IMG/VR virus record: IMGVR_UViG_3300033183_000491
Span: 1-64,000 of that record
Strand: one strand, 5' to 3'
Length of the DNA stretch: 64,000 nucleotides
Shown here: positions 1 through 9,424 of the stretch, one piece after another
Numbering within the stretch: the stretch's first letter is position 1
Layout: each line of letters begins with the position of its first letter
Program-made: the position numbers and the translations under genes
Notes under the pieces: generated by a model
Told to the model about the DNA's origin: nothing
Database searches by the model: none
Seen by the model: the letters and a program-made list of their open reading frames with translations, nothing else

Positions 1-9
1 ATTATTCCT

Positions 10-64
10 AATCTATTAGCTGACTTGAGTTTCATACGTCTTGTTTCGTCAATCTCAGTCTAGA
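10..64 (-). repeat. Copy 1 of a ~56-bp dispersed intergenic element (copy 2 at 1550-1606)
   Basis: Shared blocks AATCTATTA..TGACTT....TCATAC.TC...TTCGTCAAT..CTC.GTCTAGA are present at both sites. Confidence 0.75.
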
Positions 65-66
65 CA

Positions 67-678
67 CTAAACGAATATAATAGCGATTATGACAATTATA
101 AACACCCAAAATAAATTCTCTCTTCTATTTTGATCACAACCTTGTTCATCAAAATCTTCTTTGTCTTTCGGTATATAGAATATACCTTCATTTGTAACAT
201 TATTTTGATCTCTGTTAAATGTTTTTTCAATTTCTAAGGAATTACATAAGTCACCCCATAAACGAGGACAGACATCATTTGAGTTATTAATATAGTCTCC
301 ATCCAAATCGTCGTCACAATGATCGCCTAAACCGTCTCCATCTAGGTCTTCTTGATAAGGATTATAATAATCTAAACAATTGTCACATAAATCTCCTATT
401 CCATCTCCATCCATATCATATTGATAAGGATTACCTTGTCTCATACAATTATCAGATGGGTCTTCTATCCCGTCATCATCATAGTCGTCTGCATGTTGAT
501 ATGAATCTCCTAAATCTGTATTTGCAATTAATACAGACCCTTTTCCTCCTCCTCCTCCTCCACTTTGATTTGGTGTGCCACAATCCTCATATTGTTTGTC
601 ACATTCATAACTTTGACCATATGATACATTATTCATAAAAACAAAGATCATTAAACAGAAGAAAAAATATGATTTCAT
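67..678 (-). CDS. Secreted or membrane-anchored thrombospondin type-3 repeat (Ca-binding) protein
   Basis: N-terminal signal peptide; repeats NPYQYDMDGDGIGDLCD, NPYQEDLDGDGLGDHCD and DLDGD; C-terminal GC followed by a hydrophobic helix. Confidence 0.8.
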   Translation of the reverse strand: MKSYFFFCLMIFVFMNNVSYGQSYECDKQYEDCGTPNQSGGGGGGKGSVLIANTDLGDSYQHADDYDDDGIEDPSDNCMRQGNPYQYDMDGDGIGDLCDNCLDYYNPYQEDLDGDGLGDHCDDDLDGDYINNSNDVCPRLWGDLCNSLEIEKTFNRDQNNVTNEGIFYIPKDKEDFDEQGCDQNRRENLFWVFIIVIIAIIFV

Positions 679-679
679 T

Positions 680-1504
680 TTAATATCCTTTGATTAGGTG
701 AATCCACCCAGGTAAATATGATGACCCATTTGAAGTGAAAACAGCCTTTTCAAATTCTGCTTTATGATATTTTGTTATACCATTATAACTCCCTGAATAG
801 CCACATTTAAAGCACTCGTCCCATTTTCCAGCAGGATCATTGACATAATAAAAGTTATCTTTATATCCTCTAACAACAAGAACATGTCCTGCTGATGTGA
901 AATATCCATGAACAATAGCAATATACCCTTGTTGTAATGAATCGATTAAATCTTCTGGAGATGCGTTAGTATAAGTATTTATTGTACTATTAGCTGCATA
1001 GTTTCGATAAACAGAGTTTAATCCCGAAGGTGACTGTGCTGTATTTTTTCCATATCTTAAAAAAATTTCATCAGGAGAAATTGTGTATTGGAAATGACTA
1101 AGAATCATTGCAACTGAAGTGTTTTGACAAGTAGATGATGGTGAATATTCGTTGTCATATTGATTATAGTACGGGATGTCTAATATTTCTTCATTGTCTA
1201 AATTATTTGTATCAATATTACTCCAAAGATTTTCTGGACTAGATTCAATATCACAAAGTATAGAAGGATCTCCTAAAATAACACATGCACAAGGTCCTTC
1301 TACACAATCTTTTTGTTTTTCTTGGAAATTGTATTTAACAGCATGCAATGAGTATATACATCCGACATCACATGTAGACCCAGCGTGAAAAGTTTCAGAA
1401 TATGATTTATCTCTAAAGTCTGTTGTGTATCCTTTATAATCATCTAATTCTGAAGAGCATGATAAAACGAATAATGCATTTAATAGTAAAACTAATATTT
1501 TCAT
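680..1504 (-). CDS. Lipoprotein with C39-like (papain-fold) peptidase domain
   Basis: Lipobox-like VLSC; IPYYNQ...STCQNTSVAM (catalytic Cys), GHVLVVRGY (His), YVNDP (Asp). Confidence 0.8.
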   Translation of the reverse strand: MKILVLLLNALFVLSCSSELDDYKGYTTDFRDKSYSETFHAGSTCDVGCIYSLHAVKYNFQEKQKDCVEGPCACVILGDPSILCDIESSPENLWSNIDTNNLDNEEILDIPYYNQYDNEYSPSSTCQNTSVAMILSHFQYTISPDEIFLRYGKNTAQSPSGLNSVYRNYAANSTINTYTNASPEDLIDSLQQGYIAIVHGYFTSAGHVLVVRGYKDNFYYVNDPAGKWDECFKCGYSGSYNGITKYHKAEFEKAVFTSNGSSYLPGWIHLIKGY

Positions 1505-1549
1505 AAGACTCCTAACTAATTCAATTATATCTATTGCTAGACTATGTTA

Positions 1550-1606
1550 AATCTATTAAGTGACTTACATGTCATACCTCTCGCTTCGTCAATTTCTCGG
1601 TCTAGA
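1550..1606 (-). repeat. Copy 2 of the dispersed intergenic element
   Basis: Aligns with 10-64; lies between the terminator at 1622-1646 and the peptidase start codon. Confidence 0.75.
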
Positions 1607-1621
1607 TCTTTTTTTAGATAC

Positions 1622-1646
1622 AAAAAAACCAGCATGAAGCTGGTTT
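1622..1646 (-). terminator. Rho-independent terminator
   Basis: On the minus strand, AAACCAGC-ttcat-GCTGGTTT runs into a T tract, just downstream of the 1671-2015 stop. Confidence 0.8.
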
Positions 1647-1670
1647 AATAAGTTATCTATTTACTTAGAA

Positions 1671-2015
1671 TTAATAATCAATTCCTGGAATGTGACCTTT
1701 TGCACGATATGCTGGAGGCCTTCTTTCAGCTCTCATGCGAGCTCTTTCTTCTCTTTCTTGATCTAATCTTTTTGCGTCTTCTTTTGAATAACTTCCTGCA
1801 ACATTACCTGGTTTAATGTTGTTTCTTGTTTCCCAATCGAATAAATCGTTTTCAAATTCTACTTGTCCCATTTCTGTCGGGGAATATTGATCTCTAACAG
1901 GTTTAGGATCATCAGAAAAATCTAGTTGAGATTCGTCAAACTCATCATGAAATTGAGTTGACTCTTTAATAACACTTCTAATGATTTGTCTAAGACGTCT
2001 TTCAGTAATTTTCAT
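1671..2015 (-). CDS. Hypothetical protein with MKITERRLRQIIRSVIKE leader (putative virion-internal protein)
   Basis: Leader is shared with 45385-45750 and 45811-46209. Confidence 0.7.
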   Translation of the reverse strand: MKITERRLRQIIRSVIKESTQFHDEFDESQLDFSDDPKPVRDQYSPTEMGQVEFENDLFDWETRNNIKPGNVAGSYSKEDAKRLDQEREERARMRAERRPPAYRAKGHIPGIDY

Positions 2016-2072
2016 ATTATCTCCAGTTTAATAAACGTTTATATAGTATTATATATTACTTTATAGACAAGT

Positions 2073-2279
2073 TTATTCTATAACTGTTAAAGAAGATCTT
2101 GAAGCAACATCGATAGAGCCATCTTCAAACATAATATCATACTTTGATTGTAACTCTAGATTATCTGATATCGGGAAAGAAAATTTATATTTTCTAATTA
2201 CTAGTACTGTGTTTCCTCTAAAGTTGCACATTTTTCCTGTTAAGTCTTCTTTAGTATTAGAATTTTCTTTCATTTCCAT
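2073..2279 (-). CDS. Small hypothetical protein (SH3-like beta barrel)
   Basis: ORF track; overlaps the ligase stop; alternating beta-strand pattern. Confidence 0.5.
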   Translation of the reverse strand: MEMKENSNTKEDLTGKMCNFRGNTVLVIRKYKFSFPISDNLELQSKYDIMFEDGSIDVASRSSLTVIE

Positions 2280-3549
2280 GAATTACCTTTATAACTGGGA
2301 ATCTTAGTGAATAATCACCATTTTGATTTTGAGTTTCTTCAAAATACTGAACTGTAATAGTTTTATTTAAGATGTCGTTAGGATTTTTATAAAGATGTTT
2401 TCTTTGATCAATAGTAAATCCGCTTCCAACTCGAACTTCATTTCCTTTGTGTTCGATAGAGATGCCACTTAGCATTTCTTCTTCAACTTCAATGCCTTCT
2501 TTAATATATCTAATAGGACCAAAGAAAGCTTGCTTAACAATATACTCATCATCATAAAAAGTTTTTACTTTTAAGATATCATCAGATCTTTTACCTTTAT
2601 ATGTAGAATCCTTTCTAATCATTATTCCTTCCCATCCTTTTTCAGAAGCTTTAGTATTTAATTGTTCTAATTCGCTGAATGATGTTATGGGTGTTTGTTC
2701 AAGGAAGTCAAGATGCTTTAATTTTTTTCCTAAAAGAAGGTTTTGTAACGCTAGAATTCTTTGAGAGAATATACCTGTTTCACTATAACCTTTTGAAAAT
2801 ATTTTGTATGGGATGAAGTCAAAAATCTGAAATAGACCATTATGAATAGTATGGTCTTTTCTTCCTATTTCTTTCATTATGTCTTGAAAGTCTTCGTTTC
2901 CTTCTTCATCTACAATACACATTTCTCCGTCATAAACAATATTTTTTACGCCAAGATTTTCAATTTCTTTTTCTATTAGAGATAAAGTGTGAAATTGTTT
3001 TCCAGACCTAGCAAAAGATTTAGCCTTTCCTTTTTCATCTACGATGATTAAACATCTGACTCCATCAAGTTTTCTTGAGACGTACCAAACATCTTTTTCT
3101 AGATTAATTTTTTTCTTTGTTTTTTCGTCATATTTATTTGCCAAAGCAACATTGAAAGTCGGAATTAATCCAGGACAGGCTTTATTAATAAGTTTTGATG
3201 ATACTCTAATTTTTAAGTTTCTATCTAATATAAGATAGAATAATTCCTTATACTCAGGATTATTCAGAATGAACCCGTTTGATTCTTTTATTGCTTTATG
3301 ACCAGTAATTAATCTTTGGTTTAAAGAGTCAAGCAGATCAAAAATAGAAACAAATTTAGTATCTAAATTAGCTAAGTCTTTTCTTTTTTCTAAGTTTTTA
3401 GAAGTAATATTATATTGCATAAAAGTATTATAGGTATAGTATAAAACTTTTCTTACTTCATGACTTGATGATCTCATAATATCTACTTTATCATTTGAAG
3501 AAGTAGAACAATTCATTTTTAAAATAAAGTCGTTAATATCTTCGATCAC
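2257..3549 (-). CDS. lig: ATP-dependent DNA ligase
   Basis: Motif I SRKLDGVR, YDGE, FQIFD, GWEGIMIR, LKVK; C-terminal OB fold with VGSGFT and SLRFP. Confidence 0.95.
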   Translation of the reverse strand: MIEDINDFILKMNCSTSSNDKVDIMRSSSHEVRKVLYYTYNTFMQYNITSKNLEKRKDLANLDTKFVSIFDLLDSLNQRLITGHKAIKESNGFILNNPEYKELFYLILDRNLKIRVSSKLINKACPGLIPTFNVALANKYDEKTKKKINLEKDVWYVSRKLDGVRCLIIVDEKGKAKSFARSGKQFHTLSLIEKEIENLGVKNIVYDGEMCIVDEEGNEDFQDIMKEIGRKDHTIHNGLFQIFDFIPYKIFSKGYSETGIFSQRILALQNLLLGKKLKHLDFLEQTPITSFSELEQLNTKASEKGWEGIMIRKDSTYKGKRSDDILKVKTFYDDEYIVKQAFFGPIRYIKEGIEVEEEMLSGISIEHKGNEVRVGSGFTIDQRKHLYKNPNDILNKTITVQYFEETQNQNGDYSLRFPVIKVIHGNERKF

Positions 3550-3746
3550 TTGAAAACCTCGACAATTTTTATTGCTGTAACGTAAGCCATACTAAAAAAT
3601 ATCATTTCAAGAATACAAAACAAGCTCATCGTAATAAAGAAAACAATCTGATTTAATTTATAAATTTCTTTATTATGTTGAGCTTGATCATATGCTATAG
3701 CAATATTAAATAGTAGGATAAAAAATAATCCTAACGGATATATCAT
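3546..3746 (-). CDS. Small membrane protein
   Basis: Two hydrophobic segments; tight overlaps with both neighbours. Confidence 0.55.
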   Translation of the reverse strand: MIYPLGLFFILLFNIAIAYDQAQHNKEIYKLNQIVFFITMSLFCILEMIFFSMAYVTAIKIVEVFK

Positions 3747-3970
3747 TATTTAATATTATCAATGTCAGCTTCAGCTGAAATTGCAACGGCTTCTAAAAAG
3801 ATTTTAGAATTATATGGGATTCTCTTGTTAGTTTGTGCGCATCTATCATAAACAGCTTGTACCCTTCTTAGTGCATCCTTTGGAGAAGTCGCTTCAAAAA
3901 CGTAATCTACAACGCTTTTCTCGTATTCACCTAGTCCATGTCGATCAATTGTAATTTTATATCTCATCAT
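3746..3970 (-). CDS. Hypothetical protein
   Basis: ORF track; AAGGA SD upstream; operon packing. Confidence 0.6.
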   Translation of the reverse strand: MMRYKITIDRHGLGEYEKSVVDYVFEATSPKDALRRVQAVYDRCAQTNKRIPYNSKIFLEAVAISAEADIDNIK

Positions 3971-3987
3971 AATATTTTTCCTTTTTA

Positions 3988-4152
3988 TTAATTAGTGTAA
4001 AGTTTTGCTGCGTTTTCTGCTAGTTGTTTTGATTTGTACTTTCCAATATAGGTCCAACCTTGGGACCATTTATTTTCAGCCTTATGATAAAGTTTAATTT
4101 GGTTGTTGTCTTTAACCATCTTAAAAGTTTCTGTGTTAAAATTATATAACAT
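3988..4152 (-). CDS. Small hypothetical protein (54 aa, absent from the ORF track)
   Basis: Manual translation MLYNFNTETFKMVKDNNQIKLYHKAENKWSQGWTYIGKYKSKQLAENAAKLYTN fills the intergenic gap. Confidence 0.6.
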   Translation of the reverse strand: MLYNFNTETFKMVKDNNQIKLYHKAENKWSQGWTYIGKYKSKQLAENAAKLYTN

Positions 4153-4176
4153 AAATTTCTCTTTTATAAAAAAGTT

Positions 4177-5457
4177 TTACATATTAATGACAATGTCTGA
4201 TCTGTCATTTTCAAAAATTAGTTTGCAATTTTTAGCAAGAACCCAACATCTTTTAAGCCCTCGTGATAAAGAAGGTTTTGGAGCACCACCATCAGTAAGA
4301 ATAATATATCCATCAAATTTTTTCTTGTTTTTAATAGCATGTTTAGTTACAGCCTCAAAACAAGTTCCTCCAGATAATTGTCTTTTAATATGAGGTCTTT
4401 TGTTTTTCTTCCACAAAAATCCATTTTTATCATCTACTATGGAATCAAACCTGTAAAGATAGAAGTCTGTATTTTTAGATAATACATCTAATTCAGAATA
4501 GAACTTTGATAATTCTTCATTGGACACAGAACCGCTTTCATCAATATAAACAGCAATCATTGGACGATAGATTTTTTTATAACCAGGATAAACTCCCATA
4601 TATTTTTTATTTAATTTTCTGATAGATGATTGTCTTTCATCTTTTTTTGTATATCCACAAAATCTTTTTAGAAGAGACTCCCATTTGATTTTACTAGATA
4701 GCATTTTATAAATTTCTTGTCTTGCTTCAGAAGATACTGACCCCCAATGTCTATTTTCTGCTTCTTTGACTGCCTCTTTAACTAATTCTTTAATTTTACC
4801 TTGAAATAATTCTTTCTCACCTTCAGACATTTCGTCCCATCCATCATGATCATCAAATCCGATCATAACACTGTTTTCCATACCTTCAAGGAATTCTTTG
4901 ATTTCTGGGTCTGAAATTAGTTTTTCAAAATAATATTCTGATGTTTTATTTCTTGGTAAACTTTCGATTAAGCTTGATATCTTATTAAAATTATCGATCT
5001 CATCTTGTTTCATGTTTTTGATTTGATCTTTTGTTAAAGATAATTTTTTCCCGGGTATTAATCCACCTTTTGGAAGTTCTCTTTCTGGGATTGTAGAATT
5101 AATAGCTAAGTCTGTTCCATAATTCCAGATAATGCGTGGATCTCTTCTTCTATCAGTTGTATGTCCAAAAACTAAATGTAAACATTCATGTTTTAAAAGA
5201 CCAATAATTTCTTGTGTTTTAAGACTCGCTAGAAACTCTCTATTCCAATAAAGAGTAATATCACCATCGACACATGTAACACCAGCTGTTGGAATATCAG
5301 TAGTTTCTTGTTTATTTAAAGATCTAAGAATTCTACTATAAAAAGGTTCAGTCCAGAGAAAGTCTACTAAATACTTTGTAATATCAAAATTATCAATCTC
5401 CTCTTGAGAAACATCACGTTTAGAATAAAGATTATTGTTATTATCAGACTTACTCAT
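4177..5457 (-). CDS. Metallopeptidase-like/vWA protein (DUF2201 type), partner of the MoxR ATPase
   Basis: HECLH zincin motif, WNYGTDLAIN, MIDAS-like IDESGS, GGTCF and ILTDG. Confidence 0.88.
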   Translation of the reverse strand: MSKSDNNNNLYSKRDVSQEEIDNFDITKYLVDFLWTEPFYSRILRSLNKQETTDIPTAGVTCVDGDITLYWNREFLASLKTQEIIGLLKHECLHLVFGHTTDRRRDPRIIWNYGTDLAINSTIPERELPKGGLIPGKKLSLTKDQIKNMKQDEIDNFNKISSLIESLPRNKTSEYYFEKLISDPEIKEFLEGMENSVMIGFDDHDGWDEMSEGEKELFQGKIKELVKEAVKEAENRHWGSVSSEARQEIYKMLSSKIKWESLLKRFCGYTKKDERQSSIRKLNKKYMGVYPGYKKIYRPMIAVYIDESGSVSNEELSKFYSELDVLSKNTDFYLYRFDSIVDDKNGFLWKKNKRPHIKRQLSGGTCFEAVTKHAIKNKKKFDGYIILTDGGAPKPSLSRGLKRCWVLAKNCKLIFENDRSDIVINM

Positions 5458-5466
5458 TATATAGCC

Positions 5467-6549
5467 TTATTTGTTTAAGAGATCTTTGTTATTATTAACA
5501 ATGTCAACAACATATTGACCAATTTCTTTATGGAATTTCTGAATTGAATTCATATTCTTGCCTTTAGTCACGCAAGACCAAAAGTGGATCATCATCTCTT
5601 GAGAAATTGTCTTGCCTAGTTTTGCAGCGTTCCTAGCTTGGTCTACTGTCCAATCATTTGAAGATGAATGTTCACCAAGTCTTTCAATTAAAGAATTAAT
5701 TCTATCGTTGGACATTGATTCAATCTTCTTTTTACATTTATTAAAGCTACTTAGAAGATCTTCTGGTGTAACAACAATTTCATATTTATTAACAAAATCT
5801 GTAAATTCTACAGCGGTTTCTTGACCAATAAATCCAATTGCTGTATTAAAAATATCAAAATTTTCTCTGTTGTCAATTAAATTGATATTGTTGTATTTTA
5901 GTACTTCATCAAACCTTGCCCATGAAGCAGGTGTTGGAAATACATTCCCTGGATTAACTTTACTAAGATCAACAAATAGATGAGATGAACGTGTCTTTAA
6001 GAATTCAATGATTAAATTATCTACATTTTTAGATTTAGCCCAATCAATCCAATCTTCTTTTGTAGGTTCTAAATCGATAGTCCAAAACCTTCGTAAAAGA
6101 GCAGGATCCATTTCGTTTACATCATATTCATTACCATGGTTAATAGCAGCAAATATTCTTGTTTCTGGATGGATATTATATGGATTACCTTCTTCATCAT
6201 TTCCTAATTGCCTATCTAAAACAATTTGAAAGAATGATTGTTGAACTGTCGGAAGACCTCGGTTAAACTCATCTAAGAAAAGAATAACTGGTTCATTACA
6301 TGCCCTAACAAACCATGAAGGCATGCAAAAAGTCATAATGCCTTTTTCCTTCATACCTTCAATATCAGGAAAACCTTGAACATCACCTTCAGACATAATT
6401 GAAGCACGAACATCAATTAAAGGTAAAGATGTATTTAGAGAAATTTGATTAACTAGAGAAGATTTACCAACGCCAGTCATAGCTCTCATTAGAATAGCAT
6501 GATGAGGAGGAAGAGTTTCTACAATTTTCATGAAACTTTTAATATTCAA
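5467..6549 (-). CDS. MoxR-family AAA+ ATPase
   Basis: Degenerate Walker A AMTGVGKS, Walker B LFLDEFNR, MDPALLRRF and FPTPASW. Confidence 0.88.
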   Translation of the reverse strand: MNIKSFMKIVETLPPHHAILMRAMTGVGKSSLVNQISLNTSLPLIDVRASIMSEGDVQGFPDIEGMKEKGIMTFCMPSWFVRACNEPVILFLDEFNRGLPTVQQSFFQIVLDRQLGNDEEGNPYNIHPETRIFAAINHGNEYDVNEMDPALLRRFWTIDLEPTKEDWIDWAKSKNVDNLIIEFLKTRSSHLFVDLSKVNPGNVFPTPASWARFDEVLKYNNINLIDNRENFDIFNTAIGFIGQETAVEFTDFVNKYEIVVTPEDLLSSFNKCKKKIESMSNDRINSLIERLGEHSSSNDWTVDQARNAAKLGKTISQEMMIHFWSCVTKGKNMNSIQKFHKEIGQYVVDIVNNNKDLLNK

Positions 6550-6604
6550 TTTTTAGTCCTTTAAAAGTAAAGGGTTGAAGTTTAATTTATTATTATTATG
6601 GTTT

Positions 6605-6633
6605 ATTATAACTTTATTAATTTAAATTTACAC
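6605..6633 (-). promoter_or_regulatory. Promoter GTGTAA-N17-TATAAT
   Basis: Exact motif upstream of the MoxR gene; one of 15 copies. Confidence 0.75.
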
Positions 6634-6635
6634 AT

Positions 6636-6983
6636 TTATAATCTATACTGAATTAGCATTATCAATACACTAAGAAGAGTACAAAGTGCTGTCTTTAAAG
6701 TAAAAGGTGATTCACCTAATGTGACATATGTTAAAATAGGATATACAAGATAAGATAGACCAAAAAATATAAATCTAGCAGACCATATTGATCCTCCTGA
6801 ATTGTTTACAAAATGTGTCCAAGCAAAGAGATATAGATAAGCTATAGGTAAACTAAAGACTATAATTATATAGTGATGTTTATCTTTGTAATAAGGATTT
6901 ATAAACTGGAGATTTTGTTGCAAAAATGTCAATGTTGCAGCAAAGACATATGCCAACAAAGCATGAATCATATTATTTAACAC
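6636..6983 (-). CDS. Small multi-pass membrane protein
   Basis: Four hydrophobic helices, SMR/EamA-like in size. Confidence 0.6.
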   Translation of the reverse strand: MLNNMIHALLAYVFAATLTFLQQNLQFINPYYKDKHHYIIIVFSLPIAYLYLFAWTHFVNNSGGSIWSARFIFFGLSYLVYPILTYVTLGESPFTLKTALCTLLSVLIMLIQYRL

Positions 6984-7722
6984 CTACCCGAGCGACTTCG
7001 TTAAAACCTTCTTTTTTAAGATCCAAGAAGAAAGTCCAACCCGCCCCACCAAATCTGTTTTTAATTGTTTCTAGTACCCTAAGACCTTTAAAGTCTTCAT
7101 CCTTTCTCTCAATAGAAAGATGTAACATAGCATCTACCATATGCTTAAGCTTTTGAGAACCAGCCATATTTCCACTTTTGTTTACTTGACCAATACAAAT
7201 TATATTTACATAATGTTCTTTTGCATAGTCAGTTAACATTTGAAGAGATCTAACAGCAGACTGACTGTTTGTATGATCTTCACCGTATTTTCCGTCATTA
7301 AGTGTTTGAAGAGAATCTACAATTAAGAAGAAAGGTTTATTAGGATTTTTTCTTCTTAAAGCATCACAATTTTTAATAAGCCTAGGGACATAAGATTCTT
7401 GCCCTGCAATAAAACCACTTTCTAAGTCGAGTCTTTCACATGTCATCTTTACCTGATATAAACTTTCTTCAGCTGTATTAAAGAGACATACATAACCTTG
7501 TTGAGTTAATGCATTCGCCAAAGTAAGCATTAGAGTAGTTTTACCTGCACCAGGTTCACCAGTAAAAAGTGTCATTGTAGAAGGTGTAAAACCTTCACCT
7601 CCAAAAGCAGCATCAATATAGTCTACACCACATGGATGTCTTTCTCGGAGTTTTGAAGGAATGTTAATGTCAAGAATGTTTGTTCCAAATGAAATGTTAT
7701 CTCTTTTAATATTGAGCTTCAT
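6973..7722 (-). CDS. radA: RadA/Sms-like RecA-fold ATPase (core domain only)
   Basis: GEPGAGKTT, AEES, IVDSLQT, QVNKSGNMAGSQKLKHMVDA and KNRFG; lacks the Zn finger and the Lon-like domain. Confidence 0.85.
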   Translation of the reverse strand: MKLNIKRDNISFGTNILDINIPSKLRERHPCGVDYIDAAFGGEGFTPSTMTLFTGEPGAGKTTLMLTLANALTQQGYVCLFNTAEESLYQVKMTCERLDLESGFIAGQESYVPRLIKNCDALRRKNPNKPFFLIVDSLQTLNDGKYGEDHTNSQSAVRSLQMLTDYAKEHYVNIICIGQVNKSGNMAGSQKLKHMVDAMLHLSIERKDEDFKGLRVLETIKNRFGGAGWTFFLDLKKEGFNEVARVGVK

Positions 7723-7767
7723 TTTTTATTTTCCTTTTAAAGGTTTAAAGGTTTTTATTTATGGTTT

Positions 7768-7796
7768 ATTATACCCTAAATTTATTAATTATACAC
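7768..7796 (-). promoter_or_regulatory. Promoter GTGTAT-N17-TATAAT
   Basis: Upstream of the radA-like gene. Confidence 0.7.
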
Positions 7797-7803
7797 ATTT
7801 ATA

Positions 7804-8130
7804 TTAAATTTGCCTTAAAAATCTTCCATCTACTTGTTTTACAGAATTTTCGACAAGAACAAAGAAACAATTTTTTTCTACTCTTTTTGAAAAATATTCA
7901 TAGTCAGAAACAATAAGGCCAATAATATTATCTCCGTAAGTGAGTCTTACTAAATCATTTATTTTATAATTCCATCTTACAACAGACTTTTTTCTTTCAA
8001 ATCCTTCAGACTTAGTTACAGAATTTTTAGTTACTTTTGTTTTTGCGTTTCTGATTCTTGAAATAGCATCTTGATCTTTCGCTACAAGCTTATTCTTTAT
8101 TTCTTTTAATTGTTTTTTTGAAAGTGACAT
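7804..8130 (-). CDS. Hypothetical protein with C-terminal SH3-like domain
   Basis: GGAGG SD; YKINDLVRL...IGLIV pattern. Confidence 0.6.
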   Translation of the reverse strand: MSLSKKQLKEIKNKLVAKDQDAISRIRNAKTKVTKNSVTKSEGFERKKSVVRWNYKINDLVRLTYGDNIIGLIVSDYEYFSKRVEKNCFFVLVENSVKQVDGRFLRQI

Positions 8131-8147
8131 GTAAACCTCCTATTAGT

Positions 8148-8176
8148 ATAATATATAGTTTTTATAAGATTTACAC
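8148..8176 (-). promoter_or_regulatory. Promoter GTGTAA-N17-TATTAT
   Basis: The -35 box is the GTG TAA end of the upstream gene. Confidence 0.55.
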
Positions 8177-8641
8177 GAATCTTGTCCTTATTGATTCTGC
8201 ATTAACATGTTTCCCATATAAAGATAAAAGACCAGATTTAATATATGACATAATACAATCAGACATATAAATATCGAATCTATCTTCTTCAATATAGAAT
8301 CCTAATTGCTGTGCAAGACTTTTTCCATAATTCCAAGCTAGAATTTCCTCGTTTAATGTGTGAACATATCCTTTTTTAGATCTAATATGATGAGGAGAGT
8401 TTTTGTTAAAACATGTTACATTTTTATGTCTTATATCATTATCAATAACTGCATGACCACTTTCGTGTAACAAACAAAATAATCTCTCTCTATATTTGAG
8501 ATTTTTATTGATATAAATAAGATTTAAATGTGGATACCATGCATCTTCAACAAAAGGTTCTTCAATAACCTTAATATTATAGTGGCTAATAAGGTGGCAT
8601 AAAAGGGTGTTATAATATTCTTTATAATTTGGTAATGACAT
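8171..8641 (-). CDS. ImmA/IrrE-like zinc metallopeptidase
   Basis: RLFCLLHESGHAV and a downstream EEILAWNYG; start reassigned to the ATG at 8641 behind a GGAGG SD. Confidence 0.75.
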   Translation of the reverse strand: MSLPNYKEYYNTLLCHLISHYNIKVIEEPFVEDAWYPHLNLIYINKNLKYRERLFCLLHESGHAVIDNDIRHKNVTCFNKNSPHHIRSKKGYVHTLNEEILAWNYGKSLAQQLGFYIEEDRFDIYMSDCIMSYIKSGLLSLYGKHVNAESIRTRFV

Positions 8642-8659
8642 TTTGTTTCCTCCAAACAT

Positions 8660-8689
8660 ATTATACAATTAAAAATTTATTAATTACAC
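8660..8689 (-). promoter_or_regulatory. Promoter GTGTAA-N18-TATAAT
   Basis: Exact motif. Confidence 0.7.
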
Positions 8690-8699
8690 TTAAGAATCT

Positions 8700-9218
8700 T
8701 TATAGTTTTTTATAAATCTTTTTCTTCAAGATTGATTTAATCTTCTTTCTGCTTTTTAAAACATCTTTAACATAAGGAGATTTATATTCATATTTTTTAT
8801 TGCATTCTTTGTTTCTAGAATTGTTGTAATAACATAATGATTTATTTAATGGTTTAAATCTTTTAACATAATATTTGAGTGCTCTTATACCATGATAAAA
8901 TAAATCACAATTTTTAAGTAATCCATCTCTTTTAATTGCTGATATTTTATTTTTTTTGTTTGGGCACCAATATTGATATTTTATTTGAAGAGGGCCTACA
9001 CATTTATACGGATTAGGTTTTTCTTGTAATGTTAGCCCTGATTCAACCCAGGCTGTTGCTAGTACTAAAGAAGTATCAATATTGAAATTTTTTGACTCTT
9101 CGATCAAAATTGAACAAACTGCTAAATTTTCTTCTGAAGGTTTAAATGTCGATAACTTTTCATAAACTTCAGAACAAAAATTATATTGTAGAAATATAGC
9201 TAAAAATAATTTAGTCAA
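8700..9218 (-). CDS. Lytic transglycosylase-like (SLT/lysozyme fold) protein
   Basis: LVLATAWVESG (catalytic Glu), GPLQI, YYN...YVKDVL. Confidence 0.7.
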   Translation of the reverse strand: MTKLFLAIFLQYNFCSEVYEKLSTFKPSEENLAVCSILIEESKNFNIDTSLVLATAWVESGLTLQEKPNPYKCVGPLQIKYQYWCPNKKNKISAIKRDGLLKNCDLFYHGIRALKYYVKRFKPLNKSLCYYNNSRNKECNKKYEYKSPYVKDVLKSRKKIKSILKKKIYKKL

Positions 9219-9408
9219 AACTCTTTTGAACGTCTCCTGATCTATAAATTTCTATTGAATCATCAGGGTATTTTATCTTGTAAAAGATTCTTACATCTGA
9301 TGTTCCGCCTACTGTCATTTGATTATTTGACTCAGTCAAAATTTCTACAACAATACCGATTCTGTTCATTTTTTGCCAATGATAAACTCTATCACCTTTT
9401 TTTATCAT
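9211..9408 (-). CDS. Small SH3/KOW-like protein
   Basis: IKKGDRVYH...IGIVVEI pattern. Confidence 0.6.
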   Translation of the reverse strand: MIKKGDRVYHWQKMNRIGIVVEILTESNNQMTVGGTSDVRIFYKIKYPDDSIEIYRSGDVQKSFD

Positions 9409-9424
9409 TTAAATTCCTCGTTTT

